A stretch of DNA of 64,000 nucleotides from Podarcis bocagei (Eukaryota), in assembly GCA_964188305.1 (NCBI GenBank), contig OZ076889.1; one strand, 5' to 3'. This document shows, in pieces, positions 1 to 12,930 of the stretch. The stretch's first letter is position 1; the number at the start of each line of letters is the position of its first letter. A program made the translations under genes and the position numbers. The notes below the pieces were generated by a model. That model saw only the letters and a program-made list of their open reading frames with translations, was not told where the DNA came from and ran no database searches.

Positions 1-248
1 GATCCATGCATACAAGAGCACAACAGGCTTCCACACATTAATTCAAATTATCACAGCAATATTTAAAGAGAGAAACGTATAAAGTTATAACACTACTATC
101 CAACTGCAACCCCTTTGAAAATAAAATAGGATTGAGTCCGATGTATCTAGTCAGGCAGCTTTTCCTTTATTTCCTGAAAAGTGTGACACAACAGAACTCT
201 GGAATATGAAGCTTTTAAAATGGTAGAAAGGAAATAGCAGGCATTTAC

Positions 249-380
249 CTTGAACTATGTAAAGTAATTCACTGTAAGTTGCTGGGTGAATCACGGGGCA
301 AGGGAGCTCCTGAAGGTAGTGCCTGAGCAGTTCACCTAATGTCTGCCCATCAAACTGGTCCAGATCAACAGATCCCAAGT
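249..380 (-). CDS. PIK3R3: p85-type subunit coding exon 4 (BH/RhoGAP core)
   Basis: Acceptor ccttttcttcttccag|AC, donor CAAG|gtaaat; 132 nt, phase 1-1. Encodes (D)LGSVDLDQFDGQTLGELLRHYLQELPCPVIHPATYSELLYIVQ, compare p85alpha [37 protein letters not shown]. Confidence 0.9.
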
Positions 381-731
381 CTGGAAGAAGAAAAGGAGGG
401 CAGGTTATCTTACAGAGTGCCCTTGCAACTGGGGGTAGGGAGGAAATTGAGCTGTTTGTACAGAAGGAACCTAGCTTTGGATTGCAAATCCTGATGCTGG
501 AGAACAGCATGAACCGTATACCAAGAATGCCTTGTTCTGCATTCATTTTGAATTTACTCATCAAGAGCTTCTGTACTGGGCTGCTTCTTGGATACTCAGA
601 GATCTGAAAAGCACTGAAGGATGTGAAGGACTTCTAATATCCTGCACTTTCTGGAGAAAAATGCTGAAACAAGCATCCTATTCAATATACCACTAATTCA
701 TATAAATGGACACAATATATCTCAATTTAAA

Positions 732-733
<2 letters not shown>

Positions 734-763
<30 letters not shown>
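734..763. repeat. (GT)15 microsatellite
   Basis: Perfect GT dinucleotide run. Confidence 0.95.
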
Positions 764-766
<3 letters not shown>

Positions 767-1452
767 GTTTTGACTTACCAGAATGGAAGGAAACAAAAGT
801 CTCCCCAACTAGTATAAAACTAGAAAAATATCACTTTCCAGTCTACCATAACTCACAAACGTAGAGGATTATTATGTGTAACAAAACATAATTCACCAAC
901 AACTGGGAAAAGTGTTATTTTACAGCTGCACATATACTTTTTCTTGGTATACACATACACAGAGATCCAAATGCCATATAAATCACTGAATTTGCTCACT
1001 TTCTAAAAAAGCTTGACTTTAAACTCTATATTTGAGTTTTTGCAAACACAGAGTACAATCCATCTTGGATTGCCAGGTTCTGGTCCTCAGACTTGGGATT
1101 GTAGCCTTAAAGACCAAGGGTGGTCCCAGCAGGACCGAGGCTGTAGTCACCTGATAGGTGTGTGTGTGTGTCTTGTCTCAAGTATCTCTTTCTAGCTTCT
1201 GCAATAAACAGCACGAGCAATTACAAAAGGACAAATGACTCCACCTATTTCCAATGGTCGTAATATGCCCCTGTAAAATAATGGCTTGCTTTTCAATACA
1301 AATTCATTCAATCTCAAATTTTATAGCAAATTTCAGGTGGTCACTTGTAATTAGATTGCTAATTATAATTAACCATCATTCATTAAAAATGAATGATGCC
1401 TCCACTTATTTTTAGGTATTCGCCACAGAAACCATTTCTTACCTATCATATA

Positions 1453-1693
1453 CAGTGGTACCTCGGGTTAAGTACTTAATTCTTTCCAGAGGTCCATTCT
1501 TAACCTGAAACTGTTCTTAACCTGAAGCACCACTTTAGCTAATGGGGCCTCCTCCTGCTGCTGCGCTGCCGGAGCACGATTTCTGTTCTCATCCTGAAGC
1601 AAAGTTCTTAACCCGAGGTACTATTTCTGGGTAGCGGAGTCTGTAACCTGAAGCGTATGTAACCTGAAGAGTATGTAACCTGAGGTACCACTG
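1453..1693 (+). mobile_element. Tc1/mariner-type (Tigger/pogo-like) MITE, copy 1
   Basis: TIRs CAGTGGTACCTC...GAGGTACCACTG flanked by TA TSD (1451-1452, 1694-1695); internal TAACCTGAAG repeats. Confidence 0.9.
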
Positions 1694-3465
1694 TATTACT
1701 GAAAACAGGAAGGGGCCATTTCCAAGATATCAAAATTTGTGAAAAGCAATTTTGGGATATATATATATATTAAAAGGATTGTATCAACAAAGACTGGCTC
1801 TTTTTCCTTAGAGAGGAACCTATAATTTGCCCAAAAATAAGAACTGACAATTAGAAATGGCAAGTGACCACAAACCATGGGGACACCTAATTATATCCCC
1901 TGTGTCCTACATGTCACCCCTTGGAAAAGGGGTGTGACGCAAAACTCAGCCTCAAGGCCACTAGTTCCGTGGAGCCATTTATGTGTCTAAGCCACTGCAT
2001 ACCGCCCATGCAGGGGGATTTCCATTCCAATGATCTCCACATATGTTTAGAGCCTTTTGACACAATCACCCTACCCCTCGAATGCCAGAAGCACTTTTTA
2101 ACCATTGCACAATAGTCCTGGGGAGGCAATGTGACCGACTAGCCTGATTGCTAAAGTTTGTCTAGCTTGCTGTAACAGGCTTCCAGAACTCTCCTTTGGG
2201 GTCACAATCTAAGCTTATAGATATTTCTCTTCTTCACTGCAAAAGATCATTCATCCCCACCCTAGTTTCTATTTGTTGCTGAAATCAGCCTAGAAAGTAT
2301 TGTGAATATTAGACAAATTTCTTTGTTCCTGCCAAACGATCCCATGGAGGGTGTCAAGCAGCCACTGCCCTTTCTGGTTCTACCTGATCACTCCACAGTT
2401 TAGGGTAAGTTGCTGTGGGCAGATGCTTCCATTAGGACCTCCCTTCTTCTCACTAACTGGAGTCAAGTGCAAAGTGGTGGTTTGAGGGGAGGAGCCAGTT
2501 ACTTACTGCACCCCATGAGGCATACACCAAGATAACTGCATAAAACCACACACAGCGCCAAATCTCTGTGTGGGTTACCACAGACTAGGGTTTCTAATAG
2601 CATAATGTATCTGGGGATGAGTTTTTGTTGTGTTGCTTTTAAAGTTATGCAACTGGAAGTCTGAAATTTTTGGTAGTCTGCTCAAAATCATCTAGCGATG
2701 TAACATCTTGGTTCAAAGTACACTTCATTTGCAGGGAAACAAAGGAATTCTTAAATTAGCATAGTTTCTCTGATGGGCTTTTCACAATTCCCCTCTCATA
2801 AAACTTCTGGGAAGGCTTGTAGCTAACTTTTGGTCCAAATCACTGTGGGTTATGAAACCCTTTGCTGACCTACTCCTTAAAAAACCAGGACTCTAGCTTT
2901 TCATATGCTGACCCAGCTTGTGTCCTATGTGTTGCTATAATAATGGAATAGACTTCTTTATTTTGCTTCATTTGTTCTCTCAGAGAACATGTACTAGCAT
3001 ATTTGCCTCTGCAAACTTTATAAAATGATGTGATAAGAATCTGGAAGAAACAAACTTCACTTAACACTGTGCAACCCTTAATTGCAACTGATCTCAACAT
3101 GGTTGCTGCTGCCCTGCATTTCAGTTCCCTTCTGGTGTTCCCCAGAGCTGCTTCCTTCTATGGACCTGCTTGTGAGACGCTTTGGTTCCTAATATCAATA
3201 GAGCTGAAGCAGATGAGAGTTGATGGCCTGCATTTGATGTCCCAAACATGGCTCTGAAAAATGGATGCTTAAAAAAATCTAGTACCCTATAATTACAGAT
3301 ACACGTCCCTTGCTTCTTTCTACCATTTGATAACACAGTTGATCTCTTGGTTAGATTTTTAATATTCTTTGTTTATTTTTGTGTGCATCTCACATGATAC
3401 TGATTTCCAAAAATATTTTTTTCTATATTTTAAAAAAAATGTATTATTGTGCTGATGTTTTTAAG

Positions 3466-3590
3466 CCAAGGATAGAGAAGCTGTGGCCCTTCAAGTATTA
3501 TTGGACCCCCATGAGCCCCAGCCAGCACAGTCAGTCATCGGGGATGATGGCTGCAGTCTAGCAATATGTGGGGAACCCCAGGTTTTAAGT
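3466..3590. mobile_element. Degenerate hAT-type MITE (GGGAACCTGTGGCC family)
   Basis: Similar to copies at 15360 and 50934 (ctgtggcccttc...gccagca...ggggatgatgg...ccccaggtt). Confidence 0.5.
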
Positions 3591-4469
3591 CATTTGTGCC
3601 AACCTATGTTTAAATGCTCCATTATAAACACTTCTGGCACCCAGATTTTCATAGGAAAACTGAGGCACCTCCAAATACCTAAAGACAGCTAGTATTAATT
3701 TAAAATAAGATGCCAGTATAACTGGTTCCTTATCTTTTGTTGTGCACACCTTTCAGCAAAAGGACATGAGGGTTTTCTCTTGGGTTAGCATCAGTAGCTA
3801 ATCTCTCATTATGTCACCGATAGCATACAATGGATGATTGTGAAATATTAATAATAATAACCTGCAGCGGGAAATTTAGCAACCAAATCTCAAAACTCCT
3901 GTTTAAGAATGGCCAGCACTGCTTCACTTTCAAGATCTTGCATACAAATCACCTTATTTTGAATCTTCCTGGTTTGGGAATCAGAGGCTGCAGCTCAGCA
4001 TTATTCTCGTCCCTCCCTTTTTCCAGGCCTAAAGATACTTCCCATGGAAAGGGACTGAAGGAAGAACTGTGGCTCTTACTGCTGATTTCTTTGGCCAAAG
4101 CCTGAATGTATTTAGAAAGGACTCTGTCCATTTCCTTGAGGCTGACTGTTTGGTTGTACTTTAATAAGCTGGATCACCTGCATGGAAAGTACAGGGAAGC
4201 GCTGGGGTCAGAGGAAGGCTGAGGACAACAAATCCTGACTTTGGTATAAATGAAGTCTTCTGACGGTGGAACTAATTTGCTCATGTTCCCCTGTGGGCTG
4301 CCAAAGTAAAATTTGGACAACAGCTTCAGTATTCCATTCTGAAAGGTAGCTGGTTAAATGTGTTGGGGCTGAAGAAGAAAAAGTCAGCGTTTCTAAGTGT
4401 CTAAAAAGGTTTGCTGCCCCACCCCTTCAGACAGTGCTGAACAAAAAGGGGCAAGAAAATATCCCGGAC

Positions 4470-4891
4470 TAGGGATGGATCGAGCCACCAATTTCAGATA
4501 CTTCTGTTTCTTATTTTTCCAATCTTAAATTCAGGTCTCCACATTTCTGAAGCAATCCACAATTTTTAAAAAAATCCTTAACAAGATTCGCCAGCTTTTT
4601 AGTGTGAATTTTTGCTAGAAATATGTTTTCGTCTGCAGTTTTGAATAATGTACATATTTTTGGAAGCAATTTCTCCTAATAAAAATCTATTTCTGTATGT
4701 TATTTCATTTTTATGCACACTTTTACCTTATACAAGCATTGGTTCACTGGAGAAATGCATTGCAAAATTTGAAATTGAAAGTCTGAATTTCAAAGGACTG
4801 CTGTGTTTCAGTTTTCATATTGCTTCGTTAAGCACAAATTTGATAGATTTGCCTTTAAATGTGAACTGAATCCATTTTCCTCTCATCCCTA
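4470..4891. mobile_element. AT-rich non-autonomous DNA transposon with TAGGGATG...CATCCCTA ends
   Basis: Terminal inverted repeats. A related copy lies in opposite orientation at ~54268-54585. Confidence 0.65.
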
Positions 4892-5388
4892 CCCCAGACT
4901 GAATCTGCAGCAGTAAAACCTCTAACCCAGCAGCTGGATACATCATCTTATAGTCTAGGGTTCCCGCAAGTGTGACCACGAACCTCATTGCAGTCTCCTT
5001 GGGAAAACAGCAAACTTTGGCAGGCTTTTTTCTCTTCATAGAGCGTGAGAAAGCTTGCAGCAGAGTCACGTCGGGGATACTGGCCTGCCCTGGCCAAGTA
5101 TGGCACAGATTAAGCAATGTGGCTTTGCTTTTGAGCTGTTTTCCCAGAAGCAAAATACAGAAGTCTGGAAGTGGGTATGAAACAACAAAACAAGAAGCAT
5201 CGTGTTTACGTGTTATACTAGACAAAAGGGCCAGAACAGTAGTTCACAAGGAAATTCTGTGTGTGCATGAGGTGAAGTAATGTCTTTCATATTTTGTGAA
5301 GGCTAATCCCCTACTCTTCAACTTAAGTTAAGGGTTGCCACGGCTACTGCTACCTGCATACCTGACCAATAGAACTACAATCTCACTA

Positions 5389-5593
5389 CAGTGGTACCTC
5401 TGGTTAAGAACTTAATCTATTCCAGAGGTCTGTTCTTAACCTGAAACTGTTCTTAACACTTTAGCTAATGGGGCCTCCCGCTGCCGCCATGCCATTTCTC
5501 TTCTCATCCTGAACTAAAGTTCTTAACCTGAGGTACTACTTCTGGGTTAGCGGAGTCTGTAACCTGAAGCGTTTGTAACCCGAGGTACCACTG
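5389..5593 (+). mobile_element. Tc1/mariner-type MITE, copy 2
   Basis: TA|CAGTGGTACCTC...GAGGTACCACTG|CA; same internal sequence as copy 1. Confidence 0.88.
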
Positions 5594-5595
5594 CA

Positions 5596-5819
5596 CAATG
5601 GTACCTCAGTTTAAGAACAGCCCTGTTTACGAACTATTCGGTTTACAAAGTCCGCAAAACTGGAAGTAGTGCCCCAGTTTGCAAACTTTAAAGCCGAACA
5701 GTGGAAGGGCACCGGCGTTGGGAAGCCTCATTAGGGAAAGCGCACCTTGGTTTAAGAACGGTTTCAGTTTAAGAACAGACTTCCAGAATGGATTAGGTTC
5801 GTAAACCGAGGTACCGCTG
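5596..5819 (-). mobile_element. Related Tc1/mariner MITE subfamily, inverted, abutting copy 2
   Basis: CAATGGTACCTC...GAGGTACCGCTG|TA with a different interior. The reverse complement of its right end resembles the left end of copy 1. Confidence 0.8.
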
Positions 5820-6720
5820 TACTGAGATACAGAAACATGTCAACTCATCCATACTAGCAGTCATTCCTTGAGGTTAGCTGTTCATCTGAATCCACTCATC
5901 TACAGAGAAAAGCCAAGATGCAGCAGTGGTCCAAATGCCTCCCCTTCTCTGCCTTTGCTAGAGTTCAAACAAGTGCCACGAAACATTAGAAATCTCTAAT
6001 GCGGGAGAGGCAGAAACCATGGCATATGTAGCTTCCCAGCAAGGAATGAAAAATATTATTGATCCCATCTGGCGTGGTATCCCTAAGGCCCTTTCTGCAT
6101 GATTCAATCAGCTTTTGGCACAAAAAACTTCATACGTCTCCCAGCAAGGTAGTATTTCCGCTGCCCCCCCCCCAAGATAAATCCCAAAGTGTAATATGGG
6201 ACAATGCAGTACCTCCCCTAGACAGCATCTTCATTGCCATCATGTTTGCCATGCAAATTGTTGTGTGATGTAGGTCACCATCATATATATTATTTAAGAT
6301 CTATGATGACTTAGAGGCTTAAACCAAGGGCCTGAGCATCCGACCAATGCACTGGAAATTACTGAGGTTTTGGAAGAATGAGGATTGTCTCTGCACGCCA
6401 CATGATGGTCAAGGTGAAAATACCGATTTAGAAGCAGCCCTAGAGGGTCTTTCTTTCTTTCTTTTTCTTAATTACATTTATTGTCAAAGACACCTAGTGT
6501 GAACCTCACGGCTGATGAGGGGAGGTTGAATCTGCATCTCCCCAGCCCTAGTATGACACTCTCTCTATAGCCACTACACCACAGTCGCCTCCTGGTTAGG
6601 TGAGACAGGTTTTAGTTTCAGAATCTTGCAGTTTTGAACTAGAGTTACAAGCCAACTGAATAAATGTTATGCAGTTAAATCTATTAAAGTTTGCATAAAG
6701 TTGTATCTGGGTAAAAAACA

Positions 6721-6960
6721 GTGGGTAGAACCCAAGATAGTGCTAAGGGGAACATTGCGTCAGCACAAGGATTTCTGCTTGCACAGTAGAATGTTCTCCC
6801 ACTCTCGTCCCCAAACTCCACACCTAAATCTCTTTAGGGGTTCCCTTTGGAGTAGATTTGAGGAAGGTATGGGGCACACATGGGGGAAAGAGAGAGGGGA
6901 AACCCTGTTGTGCAAGTGGAAATCCATCTCTGATGGGACTTCTTGGCAGAATACCATCCA
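6721..6960. mobile_element. Non-autonomous DNA element (GGGTGGTATTC...GAATACCACCC-type ends)
   Basis: Shares cagc/tacaaggatttc/ttgcttgcaca and terminal motifs with ~54937-55144. Confidence 0.5.
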
Positions 6961-9900
6961 ATATTTCTGAGGCAAAGAAGCATACTTCCTCCCCCTACCA
7001 TTCTTTAGATAATACACACACGTATTGAAGGCAGCATCATTGTAGAAAAGGCATTCCCTCTTACATGAGAGAAAAGGGGTGTGCCTTTTCCTTATCTGCA
7101 GTTTTCATAAGTATTTGTATGGGTGACATGTTTTGAAAAGTCTGCTATCTGATTAAACAGGGGCACCTTTTAGTTGATTAAATGGTTTTAATAACTGAAA
7201 AAGTGGCAACCTTACATTGGACCTGTCTGCCATGGTTATCCACCCTTATGCCTCTATAAACACACCAGAATAATCACAGCTTTCTAAAATGTTCCCCCTT
7301 CTCCACATATTGCTGCCAAGTTGGATGTTTCTCATTGCTCTGAGGCTGCAGGAACACAGGAAAGATATTAAAAGTCTAAGGGATGGAATTTTATATTATC
7401 AAATGTGGTGTGTAAGGATGGCAACAGTTGTCACTTTGGATTCCTTTTGGCTGCTTATTGGGGAGAAAACGACACACTGCTCAGTACATCCATTAAAGCA
7501 CCTTTAAATCCCGTTGATTTCAACAGATGAGTTAATTATGTGCATAATTCTCTTATGTGGCACAAAAGTGCTTAACAACGGCTGGGTTGTGTCCAAAGTG
7601 TTTAACAATCCCAAGATTGTGCAGCTTTAAGATTATCAGATGTCTCTAAGGGCCAGCTCACATTATACAGCAGTAAATTAAGGTTTGCCACTCTATGATA
7701 CATGCAGTAGGGAGCCATAGGCAATCCTGGGTCCCTGGCATGTCTATGATTTACACATTACTTTTTTAGATGTCCACATAAACATTTTACAGGTACTTCT
7801 TAAAACGTAAAAAATTAGTGACTCTCATAATAAAATATCCAAGTTCTACTACACTATCACTGCTGTTGCCTGTTTCAGAATACTAAAGCTCTATAAAACT
7901 GTGAAACAGATGCCACAACTCCATGGTACCCCTTATATTTGAAATTTTGCTCTACATGGGCCCCTGATCTCTTGCATTCAGAACAGTGGACTCCCCGTTG
8001 GTCTAAACAACAGCTTTCAGATTTAAATATTTGATTTAGAGCCCTTCCTTCCCCATTCCTCTAGCCAAAAAATGAGAAAACAAGTCCTGTTATTTTTCTC
8101 CTAATCCCCTTTCATGCACATCCCTCTTGTGGGAGGGGGGGGGCACCTTTAATTATGGGATCTCTATTTTTCTTTGTCTCTGGACAAGAGTGGGAGGAGG
8201 AAGAAATGTTGCCTTTCTTTGCTCTACACAGTAATTTGGACCAGGTCTCCCGATGTGGAAATAATGGGTGGCAATTATTTATCTTCCTCCCCTGGGTAGT
8301 CATTTTGTGCATAATTTCCCATTTTCTCCTCTGAATTTACACTTGAAATAATTACTGTAGACTGCCTGAAACAACTGTGGATCAGTGATCATCAAGTTTC
8401 AAGTGATATGATGACCTGAAGCCAAATAATCTCTCAGTATCCCATCAGATGATATCAACAATATGAAGGACTTCTGTTTGCTTCACCATGTCTTTGTTAA
8501 GTCCCTTCCAAAGAACGTTAGCAAGTGCATGAAATAAAGTCCCAGAATATCTGCCTATTAGGTATAATGGTGCAGAATGGAACATCAGATGAAGAACAAC
8601 AGCAAAGCCCTTAACCCCTCTGTGTTGGCAGCTTTCTTTTTTACTACAATTGCTTCATTTCTGGACCAAAAGGTCTTCAGCTCTGTTCCCCGCAAGACAC
8701 ACTGTATTTTATGTGCTGCCTATAGACACCTGAACTCTTTCTTGAAGCAAGTTCTTAATGGAGGCACAGTTACAGTTATCCATTAGCATAAATGACATCC
8801 ATTGTGGGGAACTGAAAAGAGAATGATCAGCCTGGCCCTTGTGTTTGAAAGTACAAGATCATAAAAATAAAGCAGCAGCTATTTCTAGCACTGTGCTGAA
8901 ATCTGCCCTCCAGTTTCTCAAAAGTTTTCTTCCTCTGTGTAAAAAAAAAAGCTTCAACTTCATTTCTTTATTTGCTCCATTCTTAGGGCATTTGAGAATT
9001 TCTTTAGAATTTTGGTCAGTGCAGGGCTTTGAGCTTACAATATTGTGAGGTGGTTGAGGGCACGAAGCGTACTTTTTTTCTTTCGAGTAAACATTTCTCT
9101 AGCTCTCTGCAATCTTCCTGGCTGCCCAAATTTCTGAGTGTTTTCCACTGGACTTTGATTGAAGCATTCCCAAAGGCTGCAGAGTGCGGCTCACTGGTGA
9201 GGAAGGAAGGAACTCACAAACACCCATTGACCACCTTAAAAATAAGGTTAGCACATCCAAAACGCTGCATCTCACCTGATGAGAATTTCACCAATATTTT
9301 CTCTCCCCTTTGATAATTTCTGAATGCAATTTCTTTTCTCATTAATTGATAGAGAAAGGTTGGATAGATTTTCAGCATAGCACTAGTTATTCCCCTCCTT
9401 AGCTGGGAATTATATGTGAAAATCGAAAACTTGTGGTAAATTATCTTCTAACAGCTGCAGCATCATCTCGACAAGGGCACTTCTGGATAAGCATTTGACC
9501 ATCTTTTGCCTGAGCTTCCGTTGTGAAAGAAAGTTGAGCAACTGGGCTGCCTCCTGCCCAGACAGATCACTCTTCCTGGTAAACACTGCTCTTAAGGCCT
9601 TTTCTTCTTTACAGCACATGTAGACTGCTGTGGAGCACATATGCTTCCACTATATTCCCCCCAAACCCAACCCATGCCTCAGTTATCATGCCCGACATAC
9701 CTTTGCACAGATTGCACCATTTGGGAAGGAATGGTGCAAGCTCTGAAAACACTAACCAAGGCACTTTTCAAAGGTTGTGGGATTTCAAATAAATCAAACC
9801 CATCTTTTTTCTGACATTCACAAAGCAGCTTTCCCCACAAACCTAATCCCTGATGTTCCAGTTCCCATCAGATGGCGAACAAGCTAAACAGAGACCAATG

Positions 9901-10994
9901 GACACTATGACAGGGCCTCTGCCAGGGCCTGCCTTTTAACTTCCAAGGTTATGGAAGGTGAAAGGTTCAACTTCAACATTGTACTTTAATAATATAATTA
10001 AAAAGAAGGAATTATATGAAGACCAATCAGAAGCTAATCAAGCATCAACAAAGAAGAACTCCTCACTCTACATTGTCAAATGGCTGATATTCCTTACGTG
10101 TTAATAACTTAAATATGGTGGCATCAGAAATAAACTACAGCTGTAGGTCAGGAGCTGCTAACACTAGAACAGCCGTCCTCTTGGTCTATGCCTTTCCTGC
10201 CTTCCTAATGTTTAGCTGAAATCCCTTTTCTAGTAATTTGAACCTATTGGGTTTGGGTCCTTTGCTCCATCATTTTATGTAATTAAAATATGCATAAACT
10301 GCACATTTCATATATAATATCAGGAGATGTTATACAATCTAAAAGCACATGCTACTTTTAACTTATTCTCTAGTTTTGAAAACTGTACTGAAAGCTGACA
10401 TTCTAAGTTTGCTCTTGTTTAAAATGGAACAGGTTTTAACAGGTTTTATGCTGTATTGCTTTTAACACTCAATTGTGAGCCACCCAGAGTGGCTGGGGGA
10501 AATTATTAATTAAATTATTATTATTATTAAACTGAACTAAAAGCTGAAACTTTTAATTTAGGCTGAGGCCAATGCTTTTTATTTATTTATTTATTTTGTA
10601 AGAGAGAGATCATATATTGATAAAAGTGTTGTGGGTACCAACACAAAATGGCTGCCCTGGGCAGCAGAGAAAGATCTGCTGGTTCTCTGTACCAGCCCTG
10701 ATTGAGGCCTGCTCTAACATGTAGTTTGTGTGCTGCCTTTTATGACCTAAAACTAAATCCTACACTAAGCTTATATTTTTTCAATTTTGAGGGGACTTTT
10801 CCATTAGCTAGGTCTTTATTGTCTACATCTTAGTTTCTTTATCCTCTCTCTGAAGATGGCATTTAATCTATTTCTGGATGTGGTTTACTGTGCCCCCCCC
10901 CCCAGGCTGCCCTGCTAAGGTAACACAGAAAACTACATTTCTACATCAGCCTTTGCCAACGCAGTGCCCTCTGGATGCTTTGGACTGCAATGCC

Positions 10995-11106
10995 AAAGTT
11001 GCAGATTCAATCCCTGTATGAAACAGCTGCATATTCCTGCACTGCAGGGGGCTAGACTAGATGATCCTCAAGGTCCCTTCCAACTCTACAATTCTGTGTT
11101 TCAATG
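10995..11106 (+). mobile_element. Truncated tRNA-head SINE with CR1-like tail (Squam2-like)
   Basis: B-box-like gattcaatccc, then gctgcatattcctgcactgcaggggg...gatgatcctcaaggtcccttccaactctacaattctgtg. An inverted tail fragment lies at ~20775-20850. Confidence 0.6.
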
Positions 11107-12277
11107 TGTTATAAAACTCCTATTAGCATCCAGAGGGCACCAGATGGGTGAGGGCTAAAACCCCACAATTTAACTAACGCTTTAATAAATAAATTGGCAA
11201 TACCCTCTCCAAGCACAGTTGCCCAACTCCTTTGTTATATTGAGACTTTACTACTGGGACCAATACATTTCCTCACAGGTCACTATTGTGGATGTGGTCT
11301 GTCCTTGGCCACATAGCAGAATGACCTTTCTGCACTTTGGAATGGATTCACTTAGATCTCAAGCTGTCCCAAGCCAGATGGGCGGCATGGATCCCCTCCC
11401 TTTCCCTGGAGATCTTGATCCAGTCCCTGACCTGAAGGTTGTGTTTGGCAGCAATCCCTGGTGTGTAGCAAGCAGAAGACAAAGGGCAGCATTCATGCTT
11501 TGCCAGCCAGCAAGGATGACCAATGAAGTCATATTGGTACAGAAAGTGTTTTGTTCTGCTGGCCTCTGCGCCGGTGTGACTCTGCGATCGGGTGACCTGA
11601 CGCTGCCCTGGGCTCAGTGCTGCCAGCGCCAGACTTAGGGAGACAACGTGATGAGTCACACTTTCATCTGATTTTTAAACTGACATCTAGACTCAGAAGT
11701 CTAAACAAGGGAAGCCTCATGATATCATCCCTCTGTGCAAAATGGCTTTGAGGGTTACTCTCAGCTGTTTGAAGCCCGCTTGGTTGCAGAACTGCGTGTT
11801 TCATCTGACAGGGCCCTTATGACCGAGCTCTCATTCCTTGCCAATAGTCACTGAACAAGCCTTTGCCCACAATCACACCACCAACTGCCACACTTGTTGG
11901 GATTAGGGAAACCTTCTCTACTTGCTGCCTGCCCATCCTTGGTTAAGGGATTTGGGGGGAGTGGCTTCTGTCCGACACCCACACAGGGGCTAGGGCCATA
12001 CCACTCCTCAAACGGGAACCCCTCAGGGGGTACTCCTATTTGATGTAGGTCAAAGGACTCCCCCTAATGGTAGCTTGCCCTTACATGCACTCTCAGCAGA
12101 TGGGCTGTAGTGATATCATCTGATATTGCCTGGCTTCACCCAGTGCCTACGTCAAACCACTCACATCTGTAATCAATAAAAGTTGTGGCCTATTTAATCC
12201 CATAAAACCATATGCTGTTGTCTTGTCTTGTCTGGTTATTCACCCTTAGGGAACTGCAGGGTCACGGGGTCTTGGCA
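11107..12277 (+). mobile_element. Putative solo LTR (~1.17 kb)
   Basis: TG...CA ends, flanks TCAATG/CCAATG (5/6 TSD-like), AATAAA at 12175-12180 followed by a GT-rich tract ~100 bp from the end; no coding similarity recognised. Confidence 0.4.
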
Positions 12278-12289
12278 CCAATGGTGGAT

Positions 12290-12930
12290 TCCACATTAAG
12301 GGTCATTAGGAAAGGGACGCTTAGAATTCTGTGTTCACTTCTGGTTGCTACACCTGACAAAGGAAATTGCAGAGCTGGAAAAGGTGCAGCAAGGGGAAAC
12401 CCAAATGTCCAGGTGACTAGAGAAACTCTGAAGAAGGACTACAATGTTTGGGGCTTTTTTAGTTTAGACAAAAGGCAAGTAATGGTGGGCATGATGGAGG
12501 TCTAGAAAAGTATCCTTGCCATGGAGAAAGGTAAGTTTTTCTCTCTCTTATAAAACTAGATCTCAGGTTCATCCAATGAATCTGAATGCTGGGAGAGCCA
12601 GGACTGACCAAAGGAGGCACTTCTTCACAAAGCACATGGTTAAGCTATGGAACTCCCTGCCAAAAGATACAGCAATGACCCCCAACTTGGATGGCTTAAA
12701 GGGGGATGATATAAATTCATAGAAGAAAAAATTAGCAATGCCTACTAGCAATGATGGTACCATTACCTCCAAGTAATGAGGCAGAATGCCTCTGAATACT
12801 AGTTGCTGGGATCACAAGTGGAAGAAGGCAATTGCGCTCATGTCCTGCTTGTGGGCACCTGGTTGGCTACTGCGAGAAGGAGAGGAGGATGCGGGACTGG
12901 AAGGGTCTTTGGTGTGATCCAGAGCAGGAG
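12290..12930 (+). mobile_element. Old CR1 LINE 3' fragment
   Basis: Decayed ORF2 C-terminal motifs (gaattctgtgttcacttctgg, gagctggaaaaggtgcag, ctatggaactccctgcc = LWNSLP) and CR1-type 3'UTR ending ggactggaagggtctttggtgtgatccag. Confidence 0.8.

Noticed and set aside
151-564. 137-aa ORF as a single gene
   Set aside because: Only 249-380 is p85-homologous and bounded by splice sites; the rest is intronic read-through.
9410-9640. Helical, protein-looking minus-strand ORF (…QEAAQLLNFLSQRKLRQKMVKC…)
   Set aside because: No recognisable homology and no convincing splice sites; the length is within chance for 64 kb.
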